From Lachnospiraceae bacterium (GTDB taxonomy: Bacteria; Bacillota; Clostridia; Lachnospirales; Lachnospiraceae): 64,000 nucleotides of DNA. A model generated the notes under the pieces. The model made no database searches, had not been told where the DNA came from, and saw only the letters and a list, made by a program, of their open reading frames with translations. The first letter of the stretch is position 1. The number at the start of each line of letters is the position of its first letter. The stretch is taken from NCBI GenBank assembly GCA_051878935.1, contig JBJELB010000013.1, positions 4,365-68,364 of the forward strand. The letters are read 5' to 3'. Shown here piece by piece: positions 18,590 through 28,200 of the stretch. The translations under genes and the position numbers were made by a program.

Positions 18590-19295
18590 TTTGACGCAAC
18601 CTCCTTTCAAGGGCATTCAATCCAATCGTCAATACCTTGATTAAAAGATAATATATCAACGCACAGCCGATGAGTGGCATAAACAGAGTATAGGTCCTGG
18701 AAGTAATAAAATCAGACGCTTTCGTCAGATCCTGAATAGAAACATAACCCAAAATCGCCGTTTCTTTTACCAGCACGATAAATTCATTGCCCAATGCGGG
18801 AAGAATATTTTTAATTGCCTGCGGAATAATAATATAGCGCATCGTCTTAGCATAGGAAAAGCCAAGTGAACGTCCCGCTTCCATCTGACCGTGATCCACT
18901 GCCAGAATACCGGCGCGGATAATCTCAGCCACATAAGCTCCACTGTTAATACCAAAGGTACAAATACCGGCAATCAAACCATTGGAGCTTTTAAACACAA
19001 TAAAATACATAATCAATAACTGAACAACCGAAGGCGTTCCCCGGATAATATCAATATAAAGATAAGAAATGATATGTCCTATCCATGCCATTACACCGGG
19101 AACGCTACGAAAAGAACGTTTCTCTCCCAGCAGCTTTAAAAGTGCCGCCACCATTCCGATGACAACTCCAAGCAACACTGCACACAGGGAAACGAGAATC
19201 GTTGTCTTCAAGCCGGAAAATATCAGTTTATAGCGGTTCCCTTCCAGAAAAACGAAACGAAACTGCTCTGCAAAATCCTGAAAAAATAAAATCAT
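18576..19295 (-). CDS. Amino-acid ABC transporter permease (His/Glu/Gln/Arg type)
   Basis: 239 aa, multi-TM, with an EAA-like loop '[22 protein letters not shown]'. Confidence 0.9.
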   Translation of the reverse strand: MILFFQDFAEQFRFVFLEGNRYKLIFSGLKTTILVSLCAVLLGVVIGMVAALLKLLGEKRSFRSVPGVMAWIGHIISYLYIDIIRGTPSVVQLLIMYFIVFKSSNGLIAGICTFGINSGAYVAEIIRAGILAVDHGQMEAGRSLGFSYAKTMRYIIIPQAIKNILPALGNEFIVLVKETAILGYVSIQDLTKASDFITSRTYTLFMPLIGCALIYYLLIKVLTIGLNALERRLRQSDTR

Positions 19296-19315
19296 GCCAC
19301 ACCGCCTGTAACTCT

Positions 19316-20119
19316 CTATTCGTTGATGTACTGCTCAATCAAAGCATCAAAGGTACCATCTTCTTTCATCTCAGCCAGTGTTTCATTAATCTGATCAAGA
19401 AGCTCCTGATTTCCTTTCTGTACTGCAAATGCATATTCCTCTTCGGAAGAGTGATCCTCGATTAATTTCAGATCATCGTTTGCTTTTACAAATTCCTTAG
19501 CAGGATTTGCATCAATAATAACAGCATCCACTGCGCCATTTTTCAATTCCATAACAGCGTCAACGCCCTTTTTGAAACGTTTTACTTCTGCATCAGCAAT
19601 CGTACCATATTCACCGGAAGCAACAAAATCTCCTGTTGTACCTTCCTGTACTGCTAATTTTTTGCCATTCAACTGTTCAATACCTGTGATATCGCTATCC
19701 TTCTGAACGATGATATACTGATTAGAAGTATAGTAAGAATCTGAGAAGTCAACACTCTGTTTTCTCTCATCAGTTACAGTCATTCCAGCTGCGATCACAT
19801 CCAATGCTCCACTTTCCATAGAACCAATCAGGGATTTGAATTCCATATTGCTGATCACTGTTTCTTTTCCAAGTCTTTCGCCTACTTCCTTCATAACGGC
19901 GATATCAAATCCATCGAACTCGCCGTTGTCATCCACATACTCAAATGGTGGAAATTCTGCATTGGTTCCTACGATTAACTTGTCTGCTTCTAAAGTAGAA
20001 CTTTCCTGTCCTGTAACCTGTTGTTCACCATCCTGTTCCGTTGTTGCTGCACCGCCACAACCGCATGCCAACATCACTACGGTCAACATGGAAACTGCTA
20101 ATTTTGAAAATTTTTTCAT
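19316..20119 (-). CDS. Amino-acid ABC transporter substrate-binding lipoprotein
   Basis: Signal peptide with lipobox 'LACGCG', followed by a type-3 SBP fold ('GFDIAV', 'IAAGMTVTDER'). Confidence 0.9.
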   Translation of the reverse strand: MKKFSKLAVSMLTVVMLACGCGGAATTEQDGEQQVTGQESSTLEADKLIVGTNAEFPPFEYVDDNGEFDGFDIAVMKEVGERLGKETVISNMEFKSLIGSMESGALDVIAAGMTVTDERKQSVDFSDSYYTSNQYIIVQKDSDITGIEQLNGKKLAVQEGTTGDFVASGEYGTIADAEVKRFKKGVDAVMELKNGAVDAVIIDANPAKEFVKANDDLKLIEDHSSEEEYAFAVQKGNQELLDQINETLAEMKEDGTFDALIEQYINE

Positions 20120-20342
20120 CTGTATTTCCTCCTGATAATACTAATATTTATTCATCCATTCTATTCCATCTACGCTCATTTGTCAACGCAACAAAATCAA
20201 AGAAATATTATCCAATCCATGAAAAAACTTCTAGTTTATTATAAATGATTCTCCACATACTACGATTGTAACTTGAAGACATCTTCAAGGGACCTAAATA
20301 TAAATATAATGTATAAAAACAAATGAAAGCGAGGGATTACAA

Positions 20343-20540
20343 ATGAGCAAAAATACTGTAGCAGTTCCTGAAGCAAAAGGTGCATTAGACAAATTCAAAT
20401 ATGAAGTTGCAAATGAATTAGGAGTACCTTTAAAAAACGGATATAACGGTGACTTGACTTCCTATCAGAACGGTAGTGTCGGCGGTTATATGGTGAAAAA
20501 GATGATTGAGAGACAGGAACAGGAAATGTCCAACCAATAA
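20343..20540 (+). CDS. Alpha/beta-type small acid-soluble spore protein
   Basis: 65 aa with the signature motifs 'KFKYEVANELGV' and 'GSVGGYMVKKMI'. RBS is AAAGCGAGGG. Confidence 0.92.
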   Translation: MSKNTVAVPEAKGALDKFKYEVANELGVPLKNGYNGDLTSYQNGSVGGYMVKKMIERQEQEMSNQ

Positions 20541-20584
20541 TGCAAAAAAGGGATCAACTCTATGTTGGTCCCTTTCTCGTATAA

Positions 20585-21238
20585 TTATTCATGTGACAGC
20601 AATCCAATATCCTGCAACGGCCATACTCTGACGAATGCTCTTCCCATAAACTTATCGCCTTGAACCGGTCCAATCTCACGGCTGTCCAGACTGACATTGC
20701 GATTATCTCCCATACACCAGTATTCATCTTCGCCCAGCGTAATCGGATTCACAGCCATTCCCGGATCTTCAATTACTTCATACCCATAATCCTCTTCCAG
20801 CACTTCACCATCAATCCATATTCTTCCGTTGTTATCAATTTGAACCGTTTCTCCCGGTAAGCCGATAATACGTTTGATGTACCGTTCTCCCTCAGAAATC
20901 GGACTTGGAAATACTACAATATCGAAACGTTCCGGTTCATGAAAGCGGTAGGATAATTTATCAATAATCAACTTATCATCATCATGTAAATTATCTACCA
21001 TAGAAATACCGTCCACCTGAACTAATTGACCTACATAATTGATAATCACAAAGAGTACTGCAAACAATGTAGCAAAATAGATGATCCAGCCACGAATCTC
21101 TTTCGCCCAATCCGTCTTTGGTTCTTCCTTCTGCTCTTCTACGACAGGCTGATCCGTCATCAGTTCTTCCACTATTGTACGTTCAATCTCATCAACATCT
21201 TCTGTTGTCTCGAATTGTTTTTCCTCCATTTGGCTCAT
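20585..21238 (-). CDS. lepB: Signal peptidase I (S26)
   Basis: 217 aa with a TM anchor, 'GISM' Ser box, 'KRIIGLPGE' Lys box and 'GDNRNVSLDSR'. Confidence 0.9.
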   Translation of the reverse strand: MSQMEEKQFETTEDVDEIERTIVEELMTDQPVVEEQKEEPKTDWAKEIRGWIIYFATLFAVLFVIINYVGQLVQVDGISMVDNLHDDDKLIIDKLSYRFHEPERFDIVVFPSPISEGERYIKRIIGLPGETVQIDNNGRIWIDGEVLEEDYGYEVIEDPGMAVNPITLGEDEYWCMGDNRNVSLDSREIGPVQGDKFMGRAFVRVWPLQDIGLLSHE

Positions 21239-21239
21239 G

Positions 21240-22367
21240 TTATATTTCCTCCTCTTCCTCTATCAGACTGTCTGAATATTTGCTGACCTGCTCCAGTTTT
21301 TTTGATATCTGGCGGCTACGAATACCCACTAAAGTATCCAATTCCTTACTTGTCTGCTCCATTCGTTTCTGTGCATTCGTTAATACATCATTAAATTTCT
21401 CAAATTCTTTTTTTACGGACTCCAACAGTTCCCATACCTGGTCACTTCGTTTCTGAATAGCAAAAGTTTTAAAGCTTAATTGAATACTATTCAACAATGC
21501 TGCCATCGTGCTTGGGCCTGCCAGATTTACTTTATAACGGTTCTGTAACTCCTCTATCATACCACGTTTTACGACTTCTGCATAGAGCCCTTCGAAAGGT
21601 AAAAACATAATCGCATATTCTGTGGTGTTTGGCGGATCAATATATTTCTCCTGAATCTTCTTTGCTTCCAACTTCATGTTCGTAATTAAAAGCCGAGCTG
21701 CCTCATCAATCTGTCTGGCATCACCGGTTTCATAGGCATCCCTAAGATTAGCATACGTATCACCGGGAAATTTGGAATCAATCGGCAAATATACAAAACC
21801 GTCACTACACGGTATTTTAACGGCATATTCGACAACAGCAGTACTGCCGCGTTTCGTTATAACATTGGTTTCATACTGTTCTTTTGCCAGGATTTCTTCC
21901 AAAATTGCCCCCAACTGAATCTCACCCAAAATCCCTCTTGTCTTTACATTCGAAAGAACCTTTTTTAAGTCACCAACCCCATGTGCCAGATTTCTCATCT
22001 CACCCAGACCCTGATAAATCTGCTGCATTTTCTCATTATTTTCTAAAGTGAACGTTTTCAGACGCTCTTCCTGCTGTACATAAAGCTGCGTCTGCTGCCG
22101 GCTAATCTGTTCTCCGAGTGAGCGCATCACTTCCTGATTATTTGTATTTAATTCCTGACGCAGAAGGCTCTGTTGTTTCGTTACATGATCCTGCAACTGC
22201 ATGGTCTGTTCATCCAGTCTGGAAGCCTGTTCTGAAAGCTTCTCCTGCAGCTCCAAACGAAGTTCCTGCTGTCTTCTCGTAGTCATAATCAAAATCCAAA
22301 TAACTGATAAAAGCAGTATTACAAATAATATCACAAAAATGACACATAATATTAAAAATATGTTCAT
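21240..22367 (-). CDS. rmuC: DNA recombination protein RmuC
   Basis: N-terminal TM segment, long coiled coil and the RmuC C-terminal nuclease-like domain. The ATG at 22367 has RBS AAAGGA. An alternative TAATG-coupled start lies at 22382. Confidence 0.88.
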   Translation of the reverse strand: MNIFLILCVIFVILFVILLLSVIWILIMTTRRQQELRLELQEKLSEQASRLDEQTMQLQDHVTKQQSLLRQELNTNNQEVMRSLGEQISRQQTQLYVQQEERLKTFTLENNEKMQQIYQGLGEMRNLAHGVGDLKKVLSNVKTRGILGEIQLGAILEEILAKEQYETNVITKRGSTAVVEYAVKIPCSDGFVYLPIDSKFPGDTYANLRDAYETGDARQIDEAARLLITNMKLEAKKIQEKYIDPPNTTEYAIMFLPFEGLYAEVVKRGMIEELQNRYKVNLAGPSTMAALLNSIQLSFKTFAIQKRSDQVWELLESVKKEFEKFNDVLTNAQKRMEQTSKELDTLVGIRSRQISKKLEQVSKYSDSLIEEEEEI

Positions 22368-22381
22368 CACGTTTCCTTTCA

Positions 22382-22699
22382 TTAAAAAATTCCCAGGATG
22401 AAATTACAACACAATACCGCCGCACAGGCTGATAACGCAACGACCAGCAAACTCTTCTCATAAAACGAAACAATCACTGCCACAATGGTTCCGGCCATCG
22501 CTGCCGGAAATTGACTCGTTGATGTAAAAATAGCTGGGAATGTCATAGCTCCCAAAACAGCATATGGTACATATCCTAAAAAAGACTGTACAAATCTGTT
22601 TTTAATCTTCTTACGAAACAAAACAAACGGAATCACACGAATCACATAAGTAACTCCTGCCATAATCAGTAAATATAGAAAGAAGGTATCTGCTTTCAT
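22382..22699 (-). CDS. azlD: AzlD-family branched-chain amino-acid transport protein
   Basis: 105 aa from the ATG at 22699, which overlaps the azlC stop (ATGA). Small and hydrophobic. Confidence 0.8.
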   Translation of the reverse strand: MKADTFFLYLLIMAGVTYVIRVIPFVLFRKKIKNRFVQSFLGYVPYAVLGAMTFPAIFTSTSQFPAAMAGTIVAVIVSFYEKSLLVVALSACAAVLCCNFILGIF

Positions 22700-23394
22700 T
22701 CCTCTTCCACCTCCATCGGAAAGAACCATGCACCGATTGCTGAAGCTACCAAAGCACAGATAATAATCGCAAATCCGGAAGATATCTGTTTCAAACACGG
22801 CACCCAGGCTAAGATACAACTTAGTAACACAGCAATCCCCACAACAACTCCAATTCGTTTATCTTTTCTTGCACTCGGTATAATAATCGCCAGAAACATA
22901 CCATAGATAGCAATGCCTAAAGAATCACATAATTGTTTCGGCAAAACATTTCCACATATCGCTCCAATCAATGTTCCGCCACTCCATCCAAGATATGGGA
23001 CGGTCATCAGACCGGCGAAATAACGCCAGCTGACCGGTTTTTTTCGACTCATCGCCACTGCAAAAATCTCATCCGTATTACCGGTTGCCAAAAACCAGCG
23101 AAAGATTCCTTTAAAATGCCTGTCCACTTTTTGGGATAACGAAACAGACATCAGAAAATATCTCATATTAATAACAAGCTCTGTCAATGCCATCTCCAGA
23201 AAGGCCCCCATACTCACCATAATCTCCAAACCGGCAAACTGGCCTGCACTCGTTAAGTTTGTCATTGATATCAGTAACGCCTGCCACCAGTTCAATCCAT
23301 CTGCAACAGCCATAATACCAAAGGTAAAGGAAACTGACAAATATCCTAAACCGATGGGAATACCGTCCACCAGACCTTTTTTCCATTCATTCAC
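22696..23394 (-). CDS. azlC: AzlC-family branched-chain amino-acid permease
   Basis: 232 aa, multi-TM, AzlC-like N-terminus 'GIPIGLGYLSVSFTFG'. Confidence 0.85.
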   Translation of the reverse strand: MNEWKKGLVDGIPIGLGYLSVSFTFGIMAVADGLNWWQALLISMTNLTSAGQFAGLEIMVSMGAFLEMALTELVINMRYFLMSVSLSQKVDRHFKGIFRWFLATGNTDEIFAVAMSRKKPVSWRYFAGLMTVPYLGWSGGTLIGAICGNVLPKQLCDSLGIAIYGMFLAIIIPSARKDKRIGVVVGIAVLLSCILAWVPCLKQISSGFAIIICALVASAIGAWFFPMEVEEE

Positions 23395-23532
23395 AATCTT
23401 ACATCCTCCAGTTCTATTCAGAGATTATATTTCATCTTACTCATTTGGTCAAGCGGGCGAGGGATTTCTATTATTGTGTACACTTTTACACCAATCGTGT
23501 TCACAATATCGTTACACTAATCGTGAAAGCAG

Positions 23533-23829
23533 GTGATACAATTGGTTAATTTCGGTCAAAAACTCCGTGACCTTCGAATTGAACAAAATCTAACACAAAA
23601 ACAAGTAGCCGACCGTGTTGGTTTGGCTACCAGTGCGATATCTGCATACGAGCAGGGTACCCGTTACCCATCTTATGATGTATTTATCCGTTTATCCAAG
23701 ATATTCCACGTATCTGCAGATTATTTACTGGAACTGCAGCCAACACGAAGCTTGGATGTTTCGGATTTGACACAGGAAGAAATCGACTGCCTCTATCGCC
23801 TCATTGCAGTTATGCGTAAGCGCAAATAA
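23533..23829 (+). CDS. XRE-family HTH transcriptional regulator
   Basis: 98 aa with 'LRDLRIEQNLTQKQVADRVGLATSAISAYEQG'. Divergent from azlCD. Confidence 0.85.
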   Translation: MIQLVNFGQKLRDLRIEQNLTQKQVADRVGLATSAISAYEQGTRYPSYDVFIRLSKIFHVSADYLLELQPTRSLDVSDLTQEEIDCLYRLIAVMRKRK

Positions 23830-23871
23830 GATACTAACATGGAAATAATGCGTGTCTAAACACCACCTATG

Positions 23872-23912
23872 AAACAGAGCCTGAGATACCATTCTCCCAG
23901 GCTCTGTTTTGT
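23872..23912. terminator. Bidirectional terminator between the XRE gene and the hdeD-like gene
   Basis: AAACAGAGCCTG...CAGGCTCTGTTT hairpin followed by TTTGTT. Confidence 0.7.
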
Positions 23913-24538
23913 TATTCTTCTTCAAAATCAATCTCTTCATCCGCATCTGTACCAAAAGTCTCCGGCTCCTTTGGTGCCTCGCTGACCTTCGGTTCTCTCG
24001 CATCCAGAATATCACGGAACTTCCGTGATGCCACCAGATGAGAAATCAGGCCGAAGACTCCCGAATAAACTAAGCCAAAACCTATGATAAAGAATAAAGT
24101 AGTTGCAGCCTTGAATGGGTTCACTACCAGGATAATACCAAAAGCCACGTTCACTACGGCAACTACCATCAACCAGACCCATCCGGTCTGCTTTGCCAAA
24201 TGGAAATCCAATGCCGTTTGGAACTTTTCCAAGCCACTTGCTATAATAAACAACCCCAATACAAATGGAATAATAGAGATGACCATCTCAGCTCTTCGAA
24301 TCAGAAACCACCCGATCAGAAGCAGTACCAGTGCAATCACCATATCATTGCGATAATATCGTTCTGCGTTGGACTTTGTAAAATAGCTTATAAAATAAAA
24401 CAAACCAACCGCAACCAGAATTCCACCAATCCCATAGCAAATTGATTTTACTGACATCCCCGGCCAAACCATCAGAATGATTCCCAGCAGAATGAAGATA
24501 CAAGACATGAAAACCGAATGTAAATGTGAACGCTTCAT
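23912..24538 (-). CDS. HdeD/DUF308-family membrane protein with an acidic C-terminal tail
   Basis: 208 aa with six predicted TM helices typical of DUF308 repeats, and the tail '...DADEEIDFEEE'. Confidence 0.75.
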   Translation of the reverse strand: MKRSHLHSVFMSCIFILLGIILMVWPGMSVKSICYGIGGILVAVGLFYFISYFTKSNAERYYRNDMVIALVLLLIGWFLIRRAEMVISIIPFVLGLFIIASGLEKFQTALDFHLAKQTGWVWLMVVAVVNVAFGIILVVNPFKAATTLFFIIGFGLVYSGVFGLISHLVASRKFRDILDAREPKVSEAPKEPETFGTDADEEIDFEEE

Positions 24539-24575
24539 CTTATTATGTTTCCTCCTTTGGCATCATTGTGAACTG

Positions 24576-24604
24576 ATTATAATACTTTCGTAAAGTGAAC
24601 GCAA
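24576..24604 (-). promoter_or_regulatory. Sigma-A promoter of the hdeD-like gene
   Basis: On the minus strand: TTGCGT, 17 nt, TATAAT, about 35 nt upstream of RBS AAAGGAGG. Confidence 0.55.
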
Positions 24605-24613
24605 GTTTAAGAA

Positions 24614-24663
24614 TATAAAAAAGAGGTGAATATCATAGACTTTTTATCTTGATATTCACCTCT
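24614..24663 (-). terminator. Intrinsic terminator (minus strand only)
   Basis: 14-bp stem AGAGGTGAATATCA / TGATATTCACCTCT followed by TTTTTTAT on the minus strand. The plus strand has no T-run. Confidence 0.75.
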
Positions 24664-25128
24664 AAAACATGCTGTCCATTGGTTTTCTTTCCTTTCTTTT
24701 TTACTATCACCATGTTTATCTATATTCAATTGTATTCTCTTATCCTTATAACCTGATTTTTCGAAATCTATCTAAACTATTATTTCAATACTTGGTGTAT
24801 CTCTCATATCTTATTTATCATCTACCCTGATGATATTCCTCATTACCAAGCTCTGATAAAAATCTATTCTGTCATCAACCAGTTATTATTATAAGTAAGA
24901 GTTTGTCCTATGTTTCATTCTCTCCAACCTTATCTGCCCGATTTATTTTCCGATTTCTTAAAAATCATCCAACCATCTAATTATAAGAAATGCCATCCCT
25001 ATAATGTTGATAATCAGTCAACTCTTAATATCCGTTCCTTTTTGATAAGTTTTTAAGATGAAACGAAACTTAAGTTTTTGGTGGTCCGTACCTCCTTTCG
25101 ATTGTGAAAGTTAATTGGTTTCTTTTGA
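24616..25128 (-). ncRNA. Candidate ORF-less transcript between a consensus promoter and a terminator
   Basis: No ORF of 60 aa or more on either strand. The minus-strand sense is purine-rich. It is bracketed by the 25136-25164 promoter and the 24614-24663 terminator. I could not assign an RNA family. Confidence 0.3.
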
Positions 25129-25135
25129 TGGTTTT

Positions 25136-25164
25136 ATTATAACCACAGTGTTTTTATTTGTCAA
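25136..25164 (-). promoter_or_regulatory. Consensus sigma-A promoter with an AT-rich UP-like element, and no gene behind it
   Basis: On the minus strand: TTGACA (25159-25164), 17-nt spacer, TATAAT (25136-25141), preceded by AAAAAAATATAAAATTTTTTCAAAAAATG. Confidence 0.65.
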
Positions 25165-25237
25165 TACATTTTTTGAAAAAATTTTATATTTTTTTAAAAT
25201 TACATTTAATTATTCGAATTGTCTGATAATTCTGATT

Positions 25238-25975
25238 TTATAAGCCATTTCCAATACAGACACTCACTACATAGATTTTCTGTACTCCTGCCTCTTGTAG
25301 GATCCGGGTGCAGGCTTCCATCGTTGCTCCGGTTGTGTAAATATCATCTACTAATAATACCGCCTTCCACTGTTGCATCTTCGCAGGAGAAACAGCGAAT
25401 GCCGACTGCAGATTATTCCAGCGCTGAATCGGAGTTAGTTCTTTCTGCGGCTTTGTGTTGCTTTTCCGTACCAATGCATCGGATGCTATCGGTATATGCA
25501 GAATCTTCGCTATCTCACGCGCCAGCAGTTCTGCCTGATTATAACCACGTTTCGCCAGTTTTTTTGCATGAATCGGCACGGGAATAATTACATCGATTGA
25601 CAGTTTCATCCATTCTCTGGCATAGGTACGTGCTAATTCCTGTCCAAGATAGTGTGCATATTCACGACGATTTTGATATTTCAGCCGCATCATCATAGGA
25701 CGGGAGCAATCATTATAGACATAAAGGGCATATCCCCGTATAAAATGTTTCGGATACTTATTACAATCTTCGCAGTATTCCCGTTCCTCCTTACCAACCG
25801 GCTTACCGCAGCTTAGGCAGGTTGGCTGCGTAACCCGAACTAAACGAGTCGCACATGTCGGATGCAATACTTCCCCATCAGTAATCTCATCGCAGACAGG
25901 ACAGCGTCTTGGATAAATAAGATCCAGCAAGCACTGTACTGCTTTCTTCCCCCAGTGTTTCACCATCCATCTCAT
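25238..25975 (-). CDS. comFC: ComF-family protein (ComFC, phosphoribosyltransferase fold)
   Basis: N-terminal zinc-finger Cys pairs ('CPVCD', 'CLSCG') and the C-terminal PRT motif 'VLLVDDIYTTGAT'. Confidence 0.85.
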   Translation of the reverse strand: MRWMVKHWGKKAVQCLLDLIYPRRCPVCDEITDGEVLHPTCATRLVRVTQPTCLSCGKPVGKEEREYCEDCNKYPKHFIRGYALYVYNDCSRPMMMRLKYQNRREYAHYLGQELARTYAREWMKLSIDVIIPVPIHAKKLAKRGYNQAELLAREIAKILHIPIASDALVRKSNTKPQKELTPIQRWNNLQSAFAVSPAKMQQWKAVLLVDDIYTTGATMEACTRILQEAGVQKIYVVSVCIGNGL

Positions 25976-28197
25976 AGGAACAACCCCTGCTTCAACTCCT
26001 GCAAACGCAGATCCAGACTGGAATAACGTTCCAGCTCATCTGCATTCTCTATCATATGCTGTACCATCTGCTCACTTCCTACGATGGTGACACATTTTTT
26101 TGCACGTGTAATTGCCGTATACAATAAATTCCGGTTGCACAACACCTGCGGTCCTGTTAACAGCGGCAACACAACAGCCGGGTACTCGCTTCCCTGTGCT
26201 TTATGGACTGTAATGGCATATGCCAGCTCCAGTTCATCCAGCATGGAATAACGATAGCGCACCCGTTTCTCATCATCAAACAGAATATGAACTTCTTCCG
26301 CAAAGGTATCAATCCGCTCAATCACACCAATGTCACCATTAAAGACACCAACTCCGGTCTCTTTTAAATAGCTCCCCGGAATATCCATCTCCCATTCCAC
26401 TTTGTAATTATTCTTAATCTGCATGACCTTATCCCCTTCACGCAGTATCACTTTTCCAACTTCACGTTCTTTCTTACTCTTATCCGGCGGATTTAAGTAT
26501 TGCTGTAACACACGGTTGAGATTATCAACTCCCAACTCTCCTTTCCGCATCGGTGTCAAAACCTGAATTTCACGCGTTGGTGCCCCCACATAAGCCGGCA
26601 TCTTATCGCGCACCAGAGAAATCGTCACACCAATGACATCCTGCACATTGCCTCGCCTCATAAAAAAGAAATCCTTACTCTTATTATCCAGACGTATGCT
26701 TTCTCCCGCATGAATCCGATGTGCATTTAATACAACATCACTTTGTTCTGCCTGGCGAAATACATGAGATAATTCCACCACTGTAAAACAGTTTGATTGA
26801 ATCAAATCATCCAATACATTACCCGGGCCAACCGATGGCAGCTGACTGCTGTCACCCACCAAAACGAGTTTCGTCCCCGGCACAATGGCATCTAATAACG
26901 CATGAAATAATGAGATATCTACCATAGATGCTTCATCGATGATAACAAGATCCGTTTCCAACGGATTCATTGCATTCCGCTCAAAACTGATACGACTTCC
27001 TTCTTCTGCATTGCCGCATAATTCCAGAAGGCGATGAATCGTCTGTGCAGGATATCCCGTTGTTTCTGTCATACGTTTTGCCGCACGCCCTGTCGGAGCA
27101 GCCAGACAGACATCCAGCCCCATCTGTTCGGAATAATCCAAAAGTGCACTGATAATCGTTGTTTTTCCTGTTCCCGGTCCACCCGTAATGATGACCACAC
27201 CATGCTCCGCACAGGCATATACCGCCTTTTTTTGTGCTTCATCACAGACAATGTTCTGCTTCTTTTCGAAAGCTGCCAGCATTTCATCTAACCGATTAAA
27301 ATCCACTTCTTCCTTCAGATCCAGATCTAAAATCTGTCTGGCAGAATTCAGTTCCTTATAATACAAAGAAAGACTGTAAACAACTTCCTGCTCCCCCAGC
27401 TTTTTAATGATCACTTTTTTATCCATGGCCAGCTGCACTAAAAGATTATCATAATCGGATGGTTCCAATTCCAGCAACTGACTCGTTTTTTGAAACAACT
27501 GCTCTTTCGGGAAATACACATGCCCCCATGTGGATGCCTGATTCAGCACATACTGCAATGCCGCCTGTATACGAAAATCAGAATCCCGACGAATCCCAAT
27601 CTTTCCCGCAATCTCGTCTGCAATGCGAAAACCGATACCACTTACATCATCAGCCAGCTGATATGGATTTTTCTCCAATATCTCATACAAATCATCACCA
27701 TACTGCTGATAGATACGCAATGCATAGACTGTCGGAATCCCATGCTGTGCCAGATAAACCATTGCCTGCCGCATTTCCTGTTTTTCTGTAAAAACAACCG
27801 CAATATCTCTTGCTTTCCGTTCGGAAATCCCTTTAATTTCCGCCAAACGTTCCGGTTCCTCCTCAATAATCCGGAATGCATCAAGCTTGAAGCGTTTCAT
27901 AATACGGGATGCCAGTACCGGTCCAATACCGGCAATAGCACCGGAGCCGAGATAACGTTCCATACCTACATAGTCTTCCGGTTCCTGTATCTCGTAAGAC
28001 TGTACTGCAAACTGCTCCCCATGCTGCGGGTGACTCACATACTCTCCCTGCGCACTGATGGCTTCTCCCTCCTGAATGCATTGAAATGTTCCAACCAGGA
28101 TTTCTTCTTCTCCATCAACTTCCAAGCTCAAAACCGTATATCCGTTTTGAGGATTATGATAAATAATATGATCTACATATCCCTGAATGCTATCCAA
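25972..28197 (-). CDS. recD2: RecD2-type ATP-dependent helicase
   Basis: 741 aa with 'GGPGTGKTT', 'VIIDEASM' and the C-terminal 'AITVHKAQGSE'. Confidence 0.92.
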   Translation of the reverse strand: MDSIQGYVDHIIYHNPQNGYTVLSLEVDGEEEILVGTFQCIQEGEAISAQGEYVSHPQHGEQFAVQSYEIQEPEDYVGMERYLGSGAIAGIGPVLASRIMKRFKLDAFRIIEEEPERLAEIKGISERKARDIAVVFTEKQEMRQAMVYLAQHGIPTVYALRIYQQYGDDLYEILEKNPYQLADDVSGIGFRIADEIAGKIGIRRDSDFRIQAALQYVLNQASTWGHVYFPKEQLFQKTSQLLELEPSDYDNLLVQLAMDKKVIIKKLGEQEVVYSLSLYYKELNSARQILDLDLKEEVDFNRLDEMLAAFEKKQNIVCDEAQKKAVYACAEHGVVIITGGPGTGKTTIISALLDYSEQMGLDVCLAAPTGRAAKRMTETTGYPAQTIHRLLELCGNAEEGSRISFERNAMNPLETDLVIIDEASMVDISLFHALLDAIVPGTKLVLVGDSSQLPSVGPGNVLDDLIQSNCFTVVELSHVFRQAEQSDVVLNAHRIHAGESIRLDNKSKDFFFMRRGNVQDVIGVTISLVRDKMPAYVGAPTREIQVLTPMRKGELGVDNLNRVLQQYLNPPDKSKKEREVGKVILREGDKVMQIKNNYKVEWEMDIPGSYLKETGVGVFNGDIGVIERIDTFAEEVHILFDDEKRVRYRYSMLDELELAYAITVHKAQGSEYPAVVLPLLTGPQVLCNRNLLYTAITRAKKCVTIVGSEQMVQHMIENADELERYSSLDLRLQELKQGLFL

Positions 28198-28200
28198 TCA

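Noticed and set aside
20230-20262. Forespore (sigma-G/F type) promoter upstream of the SASP gene
   Set aside because: A CATACTA -10-like motif is present at 20254-20260. I could not find a convincing matching -35 element at the right spacing, so I left it uncalled.
24669-24830. 53-aa plus-strand ORF (MLSIGFLSFLFYYHH...) in the ORF-less region
   Set aside because: It has no RBS, starts immediately after a hairpin, and its Tyr/Leu/Phe/Ser-rich composition simply reflects the pyrimidine-rich strand. The minus-strand mini-ORFs (9-26 aa) also lack RBSs.
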